From positions 1,488,001-1,552,000 of the forward strand of contig LSRY02000007.1 in assembly GCA_001643675.2 (NCBI GenBank): a DNA stretch of 64,000 nt, in the 5' to 3' direction. The stretch comes from Monocercomonoides exilis PA203. Lineage: Eukaryota > Protista > Preaxostyla. The notes under the pieces were generated by a model that saw nothing but the letters and a program-made list of their open reading frames with translations, searched no databases and was not told where the DNA came from. Position 1 is the stretch's first letter, and each line of letters opens with the position of its first letter. A program made the position numbers and the translations under genes. This document shows, piece after piece, positions 13,464 through 25,300 of this stretch.

Positions 13464-14336
13464 ATGACTGTTATCTTAATAAATAAGGATGAACTATACG
13501 CATCGCTAAATATTAGAAATTTAGTAGGTTATTTTGGAAAGGTAGTGCAACTTTTCGATGATTTGCCAATGGCGGAAACTCGTTCTTCAAAAAAAATTAT
13601 TCTTCCTTCAGAAATAAACCCCAAAGATCCGTCTATGTTTTTAAAATTGATGCCAGAAGAAGTTTTATATTTATTAGATGAGAAAAAAATGGTGAAAGTT
13701 TTTCAGATGTTTGATAAGTTAACAGTACTTCAATTAAGGCAACTTGTCGATTCTTCAAATCATACAGAGGAAGATTCTTCTTCTATGTCACCTCAAGCAT
13801 TTTTTTCAATATTCGCTTCTTTAAATATTCGATTTATTTGCAGATACTTTGGATTTCTTTCATTAATAAAGAAAGGATGGATTATTCAAGATGGATTACA
13901 ATATGGATCGGACTTTGCGTTATACAAAGCTGCTCCAATGGTCGTGCATTCTTCGTATCTTGTGTTTATAAATGAATATCAAAATTCCTCCTTTACAGAT
14001 GCATTTACTGATTTATCATCGTCTTCTTCAATTTCATGTTCAACTTCACCTGCACCATCGTTATTACAAAGTAATTCATTAAGTTCTTCTCTTTCGTTTC
14101 GGTCACTTATTGGATTTTCTCGGGTTGCATCATCAGTAAACAAGGATTTAATCATTTTGTCCGTCTTTTATCACACGCCACTTGTTTCATCTTCATCACC
14201 TTCAAGTTCTGAATCTGCTGAGTCATCATTTCTTTCATCAACATCTTTTCAACACCTTAAAGAAAAAGTGAAGATTGATTGCCAAACATATTGCACCAGA
14301 GTTGAGAGGTGGATTCCTCAAGAAACCCGAAAGTGA
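13464..14336 (+). CDS. SEN2: tRNA-splicing endonuclease catalytic subunit, Sen2-type
   Basis: GYFGK and LKLMPEEVLYL motifs, catalytic region GWIIQDGLQYGSDFALY..P..VHSSY, RVASSVNK, and C-terminal VERWIP..R. The exact start is uncertain. Confidence 0.8.
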   Translation: MTVILINKDELYASLNIRNLVGYFGKVVQLFDDLPMAETRSSKKIILPSEINPKDPSMFLKLMPEEVLYLLDEKKMVKVFQMFDKLTVLQLRQLVDSSNHTEEDSSSMSPQAFFSIFASLNIRFICRYFGFLSLIKKGWIIQDGLQYGSDFALYKAAPMVVHSSYLVFINEYQNSSFTDAFTDLSSSSSISCSTSPAPSLLQSNSLSSSLSFRSLIGFSRVASSVNKDLIILSVFYHTPLVSSSSPSSSESAESSFLSSTSFQHLKEKVKIDCQTYCTRVERWIPQETRK

Positions 14337-14589
14337 TATGAGCATTCTAAACTTAAGTCATTTATGATTTCTTTTTATTTGAAAAATTAATCAATATGGA
14401 GCTCACATTATAATTTAAAAAAATATGAATGTGATAAATTGTAATATATTTAACATTGATTTTAATTGAAAGATATTATGCCAAATTGAGAGTGAAATAA
14501 CGCATTGCGAAAAATATCAATGAAAATTCAAATAAAATGAGAAAGCCAAATAAGTCAAGTGAAAAAAAAAAAACTTGCTTACAACTATT

Positions 14590-16850
14590 CTATGACCGTT
14601 TTGAACGACTTCTGGTTTGTTTCAGAACATGGCCCCCTCCAAGCGATGCCCAGAAATCGTCTGAATTCGATGATGACGATGAAGAAGAAGAGGAGGAAGA
14701 AGAAGAAGAAGGAGATGGAGACGATGAAGACGATGGGGTGCTGGACTGTGCCCATGACGGAGTGCTGGATGGCGAAGGCGACTGCTTCGGCGTGGCAGAC
14801 GAATGAGGTGGTGGTGTTTGCTCCCAAGGAGGAAGCGAAGAGGAAGGCGTGGAAGAAGACGAAGCAGAAGCAGAAGAAGAAGAAGAAGAAGAAGAAGAAG
14901 ACGATGTCTTTTTGGCAGTACCAAAAATGACAACACCTGTCGGGGGCTCCAGCTTGTCCTCAGGCGTCGTTGATTTTGGCGGCTGTGGCTGGGGTGACTG
15001 TTGCTTGCTTGGTGCAGGCGATGGCTTTGACTTATGTGCGGCGGGGGCAAACATTGAAGAAGTAGAAGAAGGAGAAGGAGAAGATGATGATGTTGAAGTT
15101 CTACTTCTGGCAGATGGCTTTGATGCCACGTGAGACGCCGAAGAAAATGCAGACGTGCTAAACGGAGTCTTCGAAGCTGAGGAAGAGGAAGGGGAAGAAG
15201 AAGTTGAATGAGGATGAGAAGAAGAAGAAGAAGAAGCAGGCGAAGTGATCTTTGTAGTGCTTGTAGGCTTTTGGGGCTTTGAATCGTCGTTCAGTCTGTG
15301 TGGGGCAGACTGGATGATTGTGTGTCCTGTCTCGTCTTTCATAATCACCTGGTCGCCGATCTTTGAGATGGGTGTTGTGCCGTCTGAAGAAGAGGAAGAG
15401 GAGGAAGAGGAGGAAGAGGAGGAAGAAGAAGCATCAAAAGAAGGAGTGCTTGATGATGAGGGATGGTCATCTCCGTGAGAATGCGCTTTGGATTTTTCAG
15501 CTTCCTTTGAAGGATCAGAATTCATAAAGCGGTCGATTTCTTCTGAGCTGAGGACAACTTTCCGCCCGCTCAGAGTTTGATACGTCGGTGCAGACTGCGA
15601 ACTCGAAGATGAAGAGATCGAAAATGGAGCCTTCGAAGAAGAAGAAGACGATGAGGAGGAGGAGGAGGAGGAAGAAGAAGAAGAAGCAGGTGCAGCAGGC
15701 TCGCCGCTCAGGAATGCAGCGACCTCAGCTGCGTCCACTTTCCTCTTCTTCCCAGACAGCGTCTCGAACGTCACAGAGCCGACAACTGGCGGTGGAGAGA
15801 TGTAAGACCCGCTCGGCGACGGAGACGGGGTGCGCCGCTGGGAAGACGAGCTGCCTGCACTCGGCGCAGGTGGAGGAGACCGCGAAGGGCGGCTGCCGGA
15901 GCCCATCGAATATCCGCGGATCGACTCGTGTTCCGGAGGAGGGCTCAGCCTTCGCGATTCGGAGCTCTTTTGAGGGGCTGACGAAGGCAACTCAGCAAAT
16001 TCTACTTGCAGATCGGCTTCAATGCAGCATATTGCTGAAGACGGCTTCACTTCCACAACGTCTAAGTCGTACGGTTTTTTATTATAGAGAATGCGTATTG
16101 TGGATCCAGCCGTAAGCGCAGTGAAAGATCGTAAAGAATATTCCAGTCTTCACATTTATAACAATTATTTAAAAACATCTGAACTTGTAATATCAAAAAA
16201 AATTAATATAGCATACACAGCTTTTGGATTTGTGATATCATAAAATGTTCTTGAACGAGGTTGAAACTTGACATATTTCCCAGAAGGCAATCTACATCCT
16301 TTAACCTCGATTTTCTGCCCTTCGGCAAGCCCAAGTGATTCCATCATCTTTTTTCAGATAAAAAGTTAAACCAATGATATTAAATGTAAATGTAGCATAC
16401 CCAAAAAGGCATGTATATTTGATTTTGGCGCGCTGAAAACTCATGAACGCCAGCATGGATTTTTAGTCCAGTAATTCTATTTGTAAGCTCAAACATCAAT
16501 GGCTTTCTTGGGTCAAGGAGATCCGCTAATTGTTCTAAAACAATTGCTGGTAAAAATACTATTATTTTCAATTTATGTAATAAGCTGCAGCAATATGTTA
16601 AAAACAGAAACCTTTTCCCGTTTGTTCCATATCTTGTTTGTCAACCAACGCATAGCAATGTGCAGTATACGTTGCAGAAAAATCTGTTACGCTTCGAAGA
16701 GCTGGACGGCGTCCAGCTGCCATCATTCCACTTGCTCCCAGAAGTTGATGAAATAATCCAAAACTCTGTTTTTGTGCAAAATGAAAAATGCAATCATAAA
16801 AACATGTAAATGTTCAATTAATAAAACAAAAATTCTGTACATCAAACCAT
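14590..16850 (-). CDS. UFD1: Ubiquitin fusion degradation protein 1 (p97/Cdc48 adaptor) with long Ser-rich tail and C-terminal SHP-box-like motif
   Basis: Spliced GKVFLP..PLMFEL..HAGVHEFSA..IYMPFWMM..LPSGKYVKFQP..ITNPKAVLEYSLRSFTALTAG..ICCIEADLQVEF; the tail ends in FWASLGGGHVL. Confidence 0.9.
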
Positions 16851-17282
16851 GTTCTTCTTGGATAATTAATCCGAAATGAAAAAAATAAAACAAATTTGGG
16901 TGGTCCTTTAATCATTAATAACTTACTAGTTTGAGTTAATTGCTAAAAAACTTTTCTGCTTCACCCGAGAATATAAGATCAGTTTGATAAGCATCGTAGC
17001 ATCAAATAAAACAAAAATCAAGGATCTTGCTTTCAAAAAATAAACTTAAAAAAAATGTTGTAATTATTAATTCGATTAAAAGCAGGAAAAGGTCTTTAGG
17101 ACTGGAAAAATGAAAAGTGTGAAGTGAAAAATCAAAATGTTTCCTCAGATTTGAAGTTTTTATATCATATAAAATTAAGTTTCGAGAAGAAGTTGAAAGC
17201 ATTTCAAAGAAAAGATGAACAGTACAAGCATTATTGACTTGTAGAGATTGAAACACATCTTAAATTAATTGGAGTATTTTTT

Positions 17283-18818
17283 TTAGAGGAAGTAATCAGG
17301 AGTTGCTTTCTTTGCGGGAACTCCACGAGAAGCTTGCGGTGCAGCATCAAATATCTTAAATGACCGTGCAAGAGACTCGTCAAACTCAAGTATGGCAGCG
17401 ATATTGCCACACCTTAATATGACATATATGAAATAAAATAATGAATAATAAATGTCGTTGATGAAAATATTATTATTATTGTTGTTGTTGTTTTATAATA
17501 CAAAGGGAAATTGAGAATATTAAATTTTCAAATGATTTTAAACACATAAATGAATAATAACATTTTTTTAAATGAAAGAAAAAAAGACAAACCGATAGCA
17601 ATAATTTGGAGCCGACCATACAGTCACAAGCGTGTCTCTGAACATATATTTAAATCCCTCCATCACCAATTGATGTGCCCTACAGATTAGCTCCACTTTA
17701 TTTGTTGAATTGAACTGGAAAAGAATTGAAGCACAATTAGGGGAAAAAAAATGCAATTTTATAACAAATATTTCAAAAGTCGATAATTTTTTAAAAAAAT
17801 CAATAGATAGGATAAGATAACAAACTTGATCAACAACATTCGCTCCAAACAAAAATCCAGCTCCACGAGGCGATAGACCCCATCCATCAATTTCTAAATA
17901 AATAAAATATTTCAAATGAATATTTATTGTCATTTTGTTTATTTATTACGGTTAAATTCGTTCAATAAAAGCGTTCTCAAAACAAACCATCTGGATCCGA
18001 CCAAAGCAAATCACACATGCTCCCTTTAAAACGACAATTATGAAAGATATAAAATCAATACAAAAATTAGCAAAACAAAAAAAGTATTCAAACCATCATG
18101 AGGAACTTCTAATTTTCTATCAATAACACGTATTTGATCAAGAGTTGTTAACGATGGACTTAGCCCTCCATGAACGCAGAAAATACGATCATCAACAAGG
18201 GCAGACAAAGAGAGATAATCAAATATCTCTGTGCAATATCTCCAAACATTTACAGATCCATATTTTCGAAGGCATTCATCGTAAAATCCATACACCTGCG
18301 TGATCTGCCTAGATTCGTGATTGCCTCGAATTAAAGTGATTCGTTCTGGATAGCGAACCTATTATATTTCAATGAAAATAATTATTAATGAGAAAATGAT
18401 AAAATACCTTCAATGCAAGCAGCAGGAGAAACGTTTCCACTGAGAAAAATCCTCTGTCGACGAAATCTCCCATGAACAAATAGTTTGTGTCTGGACATTC
18501 ACCACCAACAATGAACAATTCTTTAAGATCATAAAATTGTCCGTGTATGTCTCCACAAACCTTATTTAAAATAAAATAATAAAAAGAAGTTTCATAAAAT
18601 CGTGATAATGAAAGTAAAATATATTTTTAGTTTTATAATATCATCAAAAACAAAACATTATCTCACACTGTAACTGGAGCATCAACTTTCTGAACATTAG
18701 ATTCTTCTATCAAAATTTCTCGAGCTTTTGCGCATAGTGATTTGACTTCGGCTTCACTAAGATACTCGCATCGTTTTAATCGCTCAATTTGAGAATCAAG
18801 TTCAGATATTGATTCCAT
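17283..18818 (-). CDS. PPP4C: Ser/Thr protein phosphatase 4 catalytic subunit (PP2A family), multi-exon
   Basis: [92 protein letters not shown], and C-terminal KKATPDYFL. Confidence 0.9.
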
Positions 18819-19339
18819 TTATGAAATATAGTTATCACTGATCATGACAATTCTTAAAAACCTTCTGACTGTTGTATTCATGTGATTCAAGTTTATAAAT
18901 GCAGAAAATAATGAGACAAAAAGAAAATATGATTATCTGTGTTTTCAAAAATTTTTAAGATACATTCAAATAAACATATTAAATATATAAGATAATTATT
19001 AATTTGAAAATTGTTCAAAATAAAAATTGAAAGTTAAAAAAAATAACGCGTATTGAGAAGGTGAGCATTTTGATTTAAGAATTATAAAAATACACTAAAG
19101 TGGTTGGCTTGGCTCACAAAAAATGTATTTTATATTAATACAGTGTTTGTTTACAGAAATCAAAATTAATGACAAAAAACTTCAAAAACAAATAACAATC
19201 ATTTTATTGCAATTCAAAGTGAAGATAAAACGCGTAAAAAATAAAAGCTCAATTAATTGATTTTTGTTTTGAAACACGCATTTATATAATAAAGGGCGCA
19301 GGAATTTTTTATTTTGAGTTTTTCTTTGCATCCACGTCC

Positions 19340-22300
19340 ATGGTGAGACGCTCCACCAGCGCAAAAGCTGCGTTCAATATTGCTGCATTGCTGTTGCTTT
19401 GTGTAAGATGCCTTAATGTTGAAGGTAACGTCAATGCACAAATTCTGCAAAAAAGGAGCGAGGAGATCCGGAACAGCATGTTGAGCAATGCACACGAAAA
19501 TGCCAAACGTAACAACAATTTTTCTATTCAGAGGGAAACGATTGGGAGCGCAGCTGACAATTGCATCTGCTGTGTTCAAACAAGTCTCAAAATCATCAAC
19601 AGCTCGTTGTGTGTGAGCCATCTCACCATGGCGCCTCTCCGTGAATGCACACTCCTCACTTCTCACCACCACTCATCCACCACCATTCGCTCCACCACCT
19701 GCCAGATCCACTCCCGCCACAACCACAAACACCACCCACTTTTCCTCTCTGCCCACAGCTACCTCGCCCTCACAAACTTCTCTCTCCAAATCCCTCAGCC
19801 AGCATTCCTCTCCTTCCCCCTCTTCTCCTTCCCTCCAAATTCCCTCTCTTCCGCTCACTCCCCAATCCCCTCCTTTTTCTCCATCTCCCATTCTTCCTTC
19901 TCCTCATTCATCTCCCTCATTCAGCCCTTCCTTTTTTCTCCTTCTTCCATTTCTCCTTCTTCTTCCCTTATTCATCTCCATCTCTCACACACACTCTTCA
20001 CCAACATCACCGCTGCACCACAATCCACACACACCATTCCTGCCATTCACACACACTCACACAACTCATTCACCGCAACAACCACCACAAACTCAAACAC
20101 AAACACCCATGCGAACACCCACATAATTCCCTCCTTTTCTCTTCATTTTTCCCTCTCCGTCCACTCATCCATCTTCCTCCACACTCACAACCCCATCGAT
20201 GGTGCCATTCTCCCCAACCTCAACAGCCCCTCCACTTCTCTCTCTGCCTTCAACTCCTCTTTTCTTCACCAAACACGTTCTTCACCAAATGATCTTATAA
20301 AGTGTAATGGATCCGAAGCTCAAAAATTAAAACTAGAAAGAAACTCCTCATTCAATCTGAATAGCTATCTCTTTGAATGGTGTGAATGGGAAAATACAAC
20401 TGGTGGGTCAAATCATGGAGGTGCACTTTATGTTGTTTGTTCAAATGCTAATCTCACAATTACTTCTTGTTCATTTTCAAAATGCGCAAGCAATGACCAT
20501 GGTGGAGCGTTATATAGTGAATGGTTGTTAAATGTCAATATCGCAAAATCCAATTTCACAAATTGTTCTGCGGCTCGTGGAGGAGCCGCTTATATCGGGT
20601 ATCCTCAATCAAATTCTGTTCGTGCATTCTCAGAAAACAGAGTGGAAAGTTGCAAAATAACAAGCAGTATTGGAACCGGTTGGTTTTTTGGACTAAATTA
20701 TAATCCAACAACTGTTCAATTTCAGTTTTCCAAAAGCAAGTGCATTTCAAATTCTGGTGGAGATTCTGCTGGATCTTTAACACTCAATAATCCTCCTTCT
20801 TCGAAGCCAATTCAGTTTTCAATCGTTGAGAATCAGTTTATCAATAACATGTTGAATGCTTCTTCTTCATTTGGAGGTGCTGCCATTTACTGTTATGCAA
20901 CTTATTCCTGGATGAATGGAATTAAATTCATCACGTTCTGCTTCTTCGATGGCAATACTGCCACAAATGGAAGAGGGAATGATGTGTTCTTCAACGGAAG
21001 TGATATCACCCAATCTCCTTTTGAAAATTGTGGCTCAACAACTCCATCAAAAAGAGTATGGAATGCTGGAACAGCTGATAACGCCAATTTCAATGGCTGG
21101 CTCCCATTTGTAATGCCAAATAAAATAGTTGCCAACAGCGGATCAGATATTGATGCCTGCGGCGAAGCAAATAAGCCATGTGCTACCATTGAGTATGCCC
21201 TCTATGGATTTGGTTTTTTCAAAGAAGCTTCACTTATCCTCCTCCACTCCACATTCACTCCAACTCAGACACTCACTTTCAATGCCCCAAATACAATAAT
21301 CACCGGAAATGGTACAACTGCCCCCACCATCGCCTCCAGTGGCATTCCCCAACCAACTTCTTCATCCTCTCCCTCATCATCGACATCTTCTTCACCAGAT
21401 CCATCTGCCTCGTCTGCCCTCTTCCAACAGACCCAGGGCTCCCTCACAGTCTCTGCCCTCGCCATCGCCCACAACTCCACAAACACTATCACCCCCATCC
21501 TCTTCCACCTCTCCGATAACTCCCCTTCCCTCAACCTCAACACAACCACCATCACCGGAACAACCTCCATAACAATAAAAACTCCCCTCTTCTTCCTCAC
21601 TGCTGGCTCCCTCGCCCTCAACCACACAGCAATCACCAGTCTCACCCTCAGCAGCCAGAGCATCTTCCACCTCACCTCCCTCACAAATCCCCTCACCATC
21701 AACTCCTCCAACATCACCCACATCACCTCCACAGCCACTCCAGCCAGCTGTGTCCTCTCCTCTGCCACCTCCCCTGCCCTCTCCCTCTCCCTCACCAACT
21801 GCACCATGACCAACATCAACTCAGAACAGTTGAACCAACAGACTGCCACCGATGGCGGGTGCATCTCATTCGCCTCATCTGCCTCTGACAATACGTTTTC
21901 AGTGAGCAACACCATCTTCTCCAGCTGCTGTGTGAGCGAGGATACAAATTCTGGAGGAAGAGGCGGTGCTCTCATGATCGAGTTCAATGAAGGCTCACAA
22001 TTGTCAGAATCCTCCTTTTCCGTTACAAATGTGATGTTTTCAGGCAACAAGGCGAGTGTCGGAAGAGATATGTATTTTGTGTGCGAATCATTTGTCGCTT
22101 CTGTGAAAGAGCCCTTGTTCGCCTTCATGAAAAGCATCACGCAGAAAGACAACTCGATTGTTGGACATGACAGAACAGAGGAATTCGGAGATTGGGATGT
22201 GGACTTGTTCATATTTCTGGACGGATATAAAGCTGACAAGGTGTTTATCGATGGAACATCTGGGATCGAGGTATTGTATTGTGGGATTGAAAAGGTGCCA

Positions 22301-25300
22301 TGCAAGAGTGTGGACTATGGGGCAGGGCATCTGAAGAGAGCACAGAACATAATAGAAGAAATTGTTGTGTGTTCGAAATCGACAGTAGCTGGATGTTTGG
22401 ATGTGGGAAGAGTGCTTATAAAAGCAAAAACTGAGACAATTGTGGAGATTGAATGCCAAAGAGAAGCGAGTGGGTCCGAAGAATCCATTCTGAAGACAGA
22501 ATCACTGACAGAAATGGAGTTCATTGGGATTGTTGTTCCATCGAATTTTGAGAGGACAATCACATCAGTGATCGGATCAAGCACTCAAAATGGGGAGTTG
22601 CACATGAAGAACTGCATGATGAGTGTGGTTGGAGGGAAGGAAAACACAATTGAATTTTCCTTGATCAAATCGACAGGGAAGATGGTTGAACTGGAGTTTG
22701 TGACGATTTCAGAAGTGAAATCATCTGTCTCGCTGTTTTCATTTTCACTTTTCTCATCAAATGTGAATGAAGGAGAAAGTGAAGAAAAATGCAAAGTGAA
22801 ACTGTTGAATTGTTCAATGGAAGGATGCAGTTTTGCAGAGCGTTCATTTGGTGAATCTCCATTGATGATATCTTCTTCTGTTTTGTTTGAAAACAGCAAC
22901 TTTTCAAATATTGAGAACACGGGCAGTGGAGAAGGAGGTGTTGCAAGAGTCACATTAATAAATGACGAAGTTTTGGTTATTAAATCAACAAATGCGTCAT
23001 CTTGTTCGCTTTCATCGAACAATGGAAAAGGAGGGTTTTTGTATTTGGATTGCCAAAATTGTTTGGAAGAAAAGCCTTTTCTTTTGGAAACAGCTTCGTT
23101 TATGAACAACAAAGCTTCCATTGGAAAAAACGTGTTCATTTTGGGAAAGGATTTGAATAGTTCTGTGACAAATAATTCATTCAAATTTGATTATTCCTCA
23201 ATGATAAATGACAGCAATTTGTTTGTTGGAGGCGATAGCTTTCATTCAAACAAAGATTTATTCATGTTCCTCGTTCCATACAGCTCGTTTGAGATATTTA
23301 TCTCATCGAGTGGATTTGATGTTGCAAGATGTGGAAGTGAAGAAGAGCCATGCAAAACGGTGTGGAAAGGGATGGAAAACATGGAAAAGGGAACTGGAAA
23401 TAAAACTATTCAGGTTGAAGGATCAACTGTTATTCGAGATTCATTCAGTATGTCCAATTATCAGATCAAAAAGAGTGTGAAGATGGGAGAAGAGAATGTG
23501 AAAGCAACTTTGAATTTTGAAAAGGCAATTGGAAGCCAACCGGAATATTTCATGGTAAATGATATTCATCTTGAATTGACAAATATCCAACTGAAACTGT
23601 CAACTGGATTTGACAATTCAGCCAAAACAATGATTTCAAACAGAAAAGGTGAGTTGACAATTACTGGATGTTCATTCCATTCAGAAGCGGGAGTGAACAA
23701 TGGGTTCAATTGCGTATTTGTGGATGCAGTTGGAGGAACTGTAGATGTGAATGATTTGACGATGGAATCATGCAATGTTGGAAACAGCATTTTTGCCATT
23801 CACGATGCTGGAGTTTCAGTCCATTTGGTGAATGTTCGAGTGAAATCGTTGAATGAAAGCGGAGGTTGCTTTTTGTCAATCAAGAAATCCGAACCAGGAT
23901 TGAAGACAAATGAAGGAGAAAATGAAGAATGTGAAAATATTGAGATTGACAATTCATCATTTTCAGGAGTGAAGAGAAGCGATAATGGAGCAAGCATTTT
24001 GGAGTCAAAGAGCGATAAAAAGATTTGTTTGGTTGTGAATTCGAGCAACATCACAGAAGACAAAGCAGAAATAAGTGAAAAAGGAGGGGCGATCTTTTTC
24101 ACATTGGGTGCATCTGGCTCAATGAAGATGGTTTACTCAACAATCAGCCATTGCAGCTGCAACGACAGCACGGGAAGAGGTGGAGGGGTGTTTTTGGCAA
24201 CAAAGGAAAGAGGAGAATTGTATTTTTCATTTGTGGGGATGAAGTTCAGTGCAAACACAGCAAGTGTGGGGAATGATATTTTCATTGAGTGTTTCAACAT
24301 CACATCTCAGATCAATGAAATGCAATTTCGGTTTGATCTTCGAGAGAATCATTATTCGCGAATTAATGCAATATATGGAAGAGATTCATGCGATTATTCA
24401 AGCGACACTGATCTTATTGATTTTGTGACAATTCATCAGGGTGACACGATCATTGTGAGCAGTGTGAATGGATCGAATGAGAGGCAATGTGGAGCAAGCA
24501 CACTTCCATGTTATTCAGTTGATTATGGGTTGATGCATCTAACTTCAGATTTCATGAGTGTTATGATTGTTGTTGAAGAGAGTGTGATTGGTGATGAGAT
24601 TAATCTGAAGGAGATGAGTTTGAGTTCGAAGAGCAGAGAAAATTGTGAAGTTGAAGTGAAATCAGGAATGACAAGAACAAGAGAGGCATTGGTGATGACA
24701 ACAGGAACAGTTTCATTGGTGAGAGTGAACTTTGTGTTTGATTCAAATTTTGCTTCCACACATGATTCACTGATCTCACCAGAGGGAGGGATTCTTGAAG
24801 TGATGAATTGCTTGTTCACAACAAAACAATTGATAGAAGGAGTTAATGCAGAATTTACAAATATTCAATTCCACATAATAAAAATGGCAAAAGGAGAATT
24901 ACAACTTGATGGATGCTCAATATCAAATCTTATTCTTCAAAAATCTTCAATATATCTATCATCATCACTTCCATCAGTGATTTATTTGTTTGAGATATTC
25001 AATTCAACAATTAAAACTTCTCTGATTGATATTAATGAATGCGGGCAATTAACAATCAAGGATTTCAACACAGAAAATATCACAGTTGAAGGAAATGGAG
25101 AATCACTGATATCTTGCTTGTCAATGAAAAAGACGATGCAATTGACAAATTGCACAATAGGCGGAGTCGGTTCAAAGACCAAAAAAGGGAAATTGATGAA
25201 ATTGGAGAATTGTTTGGATGTGAAAACGGATAGTTGCATTTTTGATGGAAGTTTAAAGGAAAGAAATGAGAAGCAGTTGAATATTGAAGAAGAGAAGTGC

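Noticed and set aside
21265-22305. 346 aa antisense ORF, suggesting the C-rich patch is an inverted gene segment
   Set aside because: The sense frame keeps family repeat motifs through the patch, while the antisense translation has none and stays open because of compositional bias.
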